DNA of 63,257 nucleotides, filler included, from Polymyxa betae A26-41 (Eukaryota > Protista > Endomyxa: Phytomyxea), in NCBI GenBank assembly GCA_003693705.1. It is 6 parts of 6 records of this genome, joined end to end, with 100 filler letters (N's around TTAATTAATTAA, not from the genome) between each part and the next. Parts side by side here need not be neighbours in the genome. Positions count along the whole stretch, not along the records: positions 60,912 to 63,257 come from RBZT01000027.1; 5 more parts are not named here. One strand, written 5' to 3'. The notes below the pieces were generated by a model. That model saw only the letters and a list, made by a program, of their open reading frames with translations. It did not search any database and was not told the origin of the DNA. Each line of letters begins with the position of its first letter. The stretch's first letter is position 1. Made by a program: the position numbers and the translations under genes. Below are positions 62,801-63,257 of this stretch, one piece after another.

Positions 62801-63257
62801 CCTGTTCAATCATCCCAGCAGCTGAGTGACAATTCGATTCGCTCAGTACGAATCTCGTTTGGTTCCGAAAAATATCATTTGTATTGTTAGTAATGGATTG
62901 GATTTAGGGTTAGGGTTTGTCTAGCCCGCATCGTAAGCCCGTCTCATTTCTATAGGCGAACTTGTGGGCCACACCCTCGTGATCCGCTCAGGTTGTCAAT
63001 TTGAAAATTCCCGAAAAAAAAGTGCAGATTGTTTTATGCAACAAATCGGACTGTGTATTAGGGTTTACTCAGTGTAATGCTGCAAGAGAATATCAGCGAC
63101 AGCTTGTGGTGTTGGCGGCGATACATTTCTCACACCCTGAATCCAGTTTGCCAACCCACGGCGTTTGCTGGATGGAGCCTGAGGAACAGAGGACGAACTT
63201 GAAGCGCCATTTCTGAGCACATTCTCTAACACATATTCAATAAGATCCGCCAAGAAC

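Overview
Eukaryotic nuclear DNA with short GT-AG introns, many about 50 nt. It may be a protist or fungus-like organism such as a plasmodiophorid, but that is an unverified guess. The window is a scaffold of seven contigs: five gaps carry an artificial N44-TTAATTAATTAA-N44 spacer, so adjacency across gaps is uncertain. Recognisable host genes are few: spliced calreticulin (16110-17901), spliced DCAF13/SOF1 (28803-30959), tRNA-Ala(AGC), an intronless BTB protein, an intronless putative glycosyltransferase and two adjacent intronless predicted secreted proteins, one with a degenerate P-loop GTPase fold. Most of the rest is nested, decayed mobile DNA. It includes two head-to-head Copia elements with half-tRNA-iMet PBSs, several Gypsy/chromovirus elements (one with a Tf1-type self-priming signature), RNase H-bearing LINE fragments, MULE and pogo-like TIR elements and a Crypton-like remnant. 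The best candidates for something undescribed are: (i) an AT-rich virus-like module of HNH/AP2-like endonuclease, Zn-knuckle ORF and PIF1-like helicase, with a conserved, potentially structured non-coding 3' segment, present as several fragments; (ii) a long-TIR non-autonomous element whose interior folds into several hairpins and shares a 14-mer with that segment; (iii) a 263-bp TG..CA element with a perfect 70-bp palindrome and Pol III A/B boxes; (iv) a secreted pseudo-GTPase. All protein family calls are by motif recognition, not database search.
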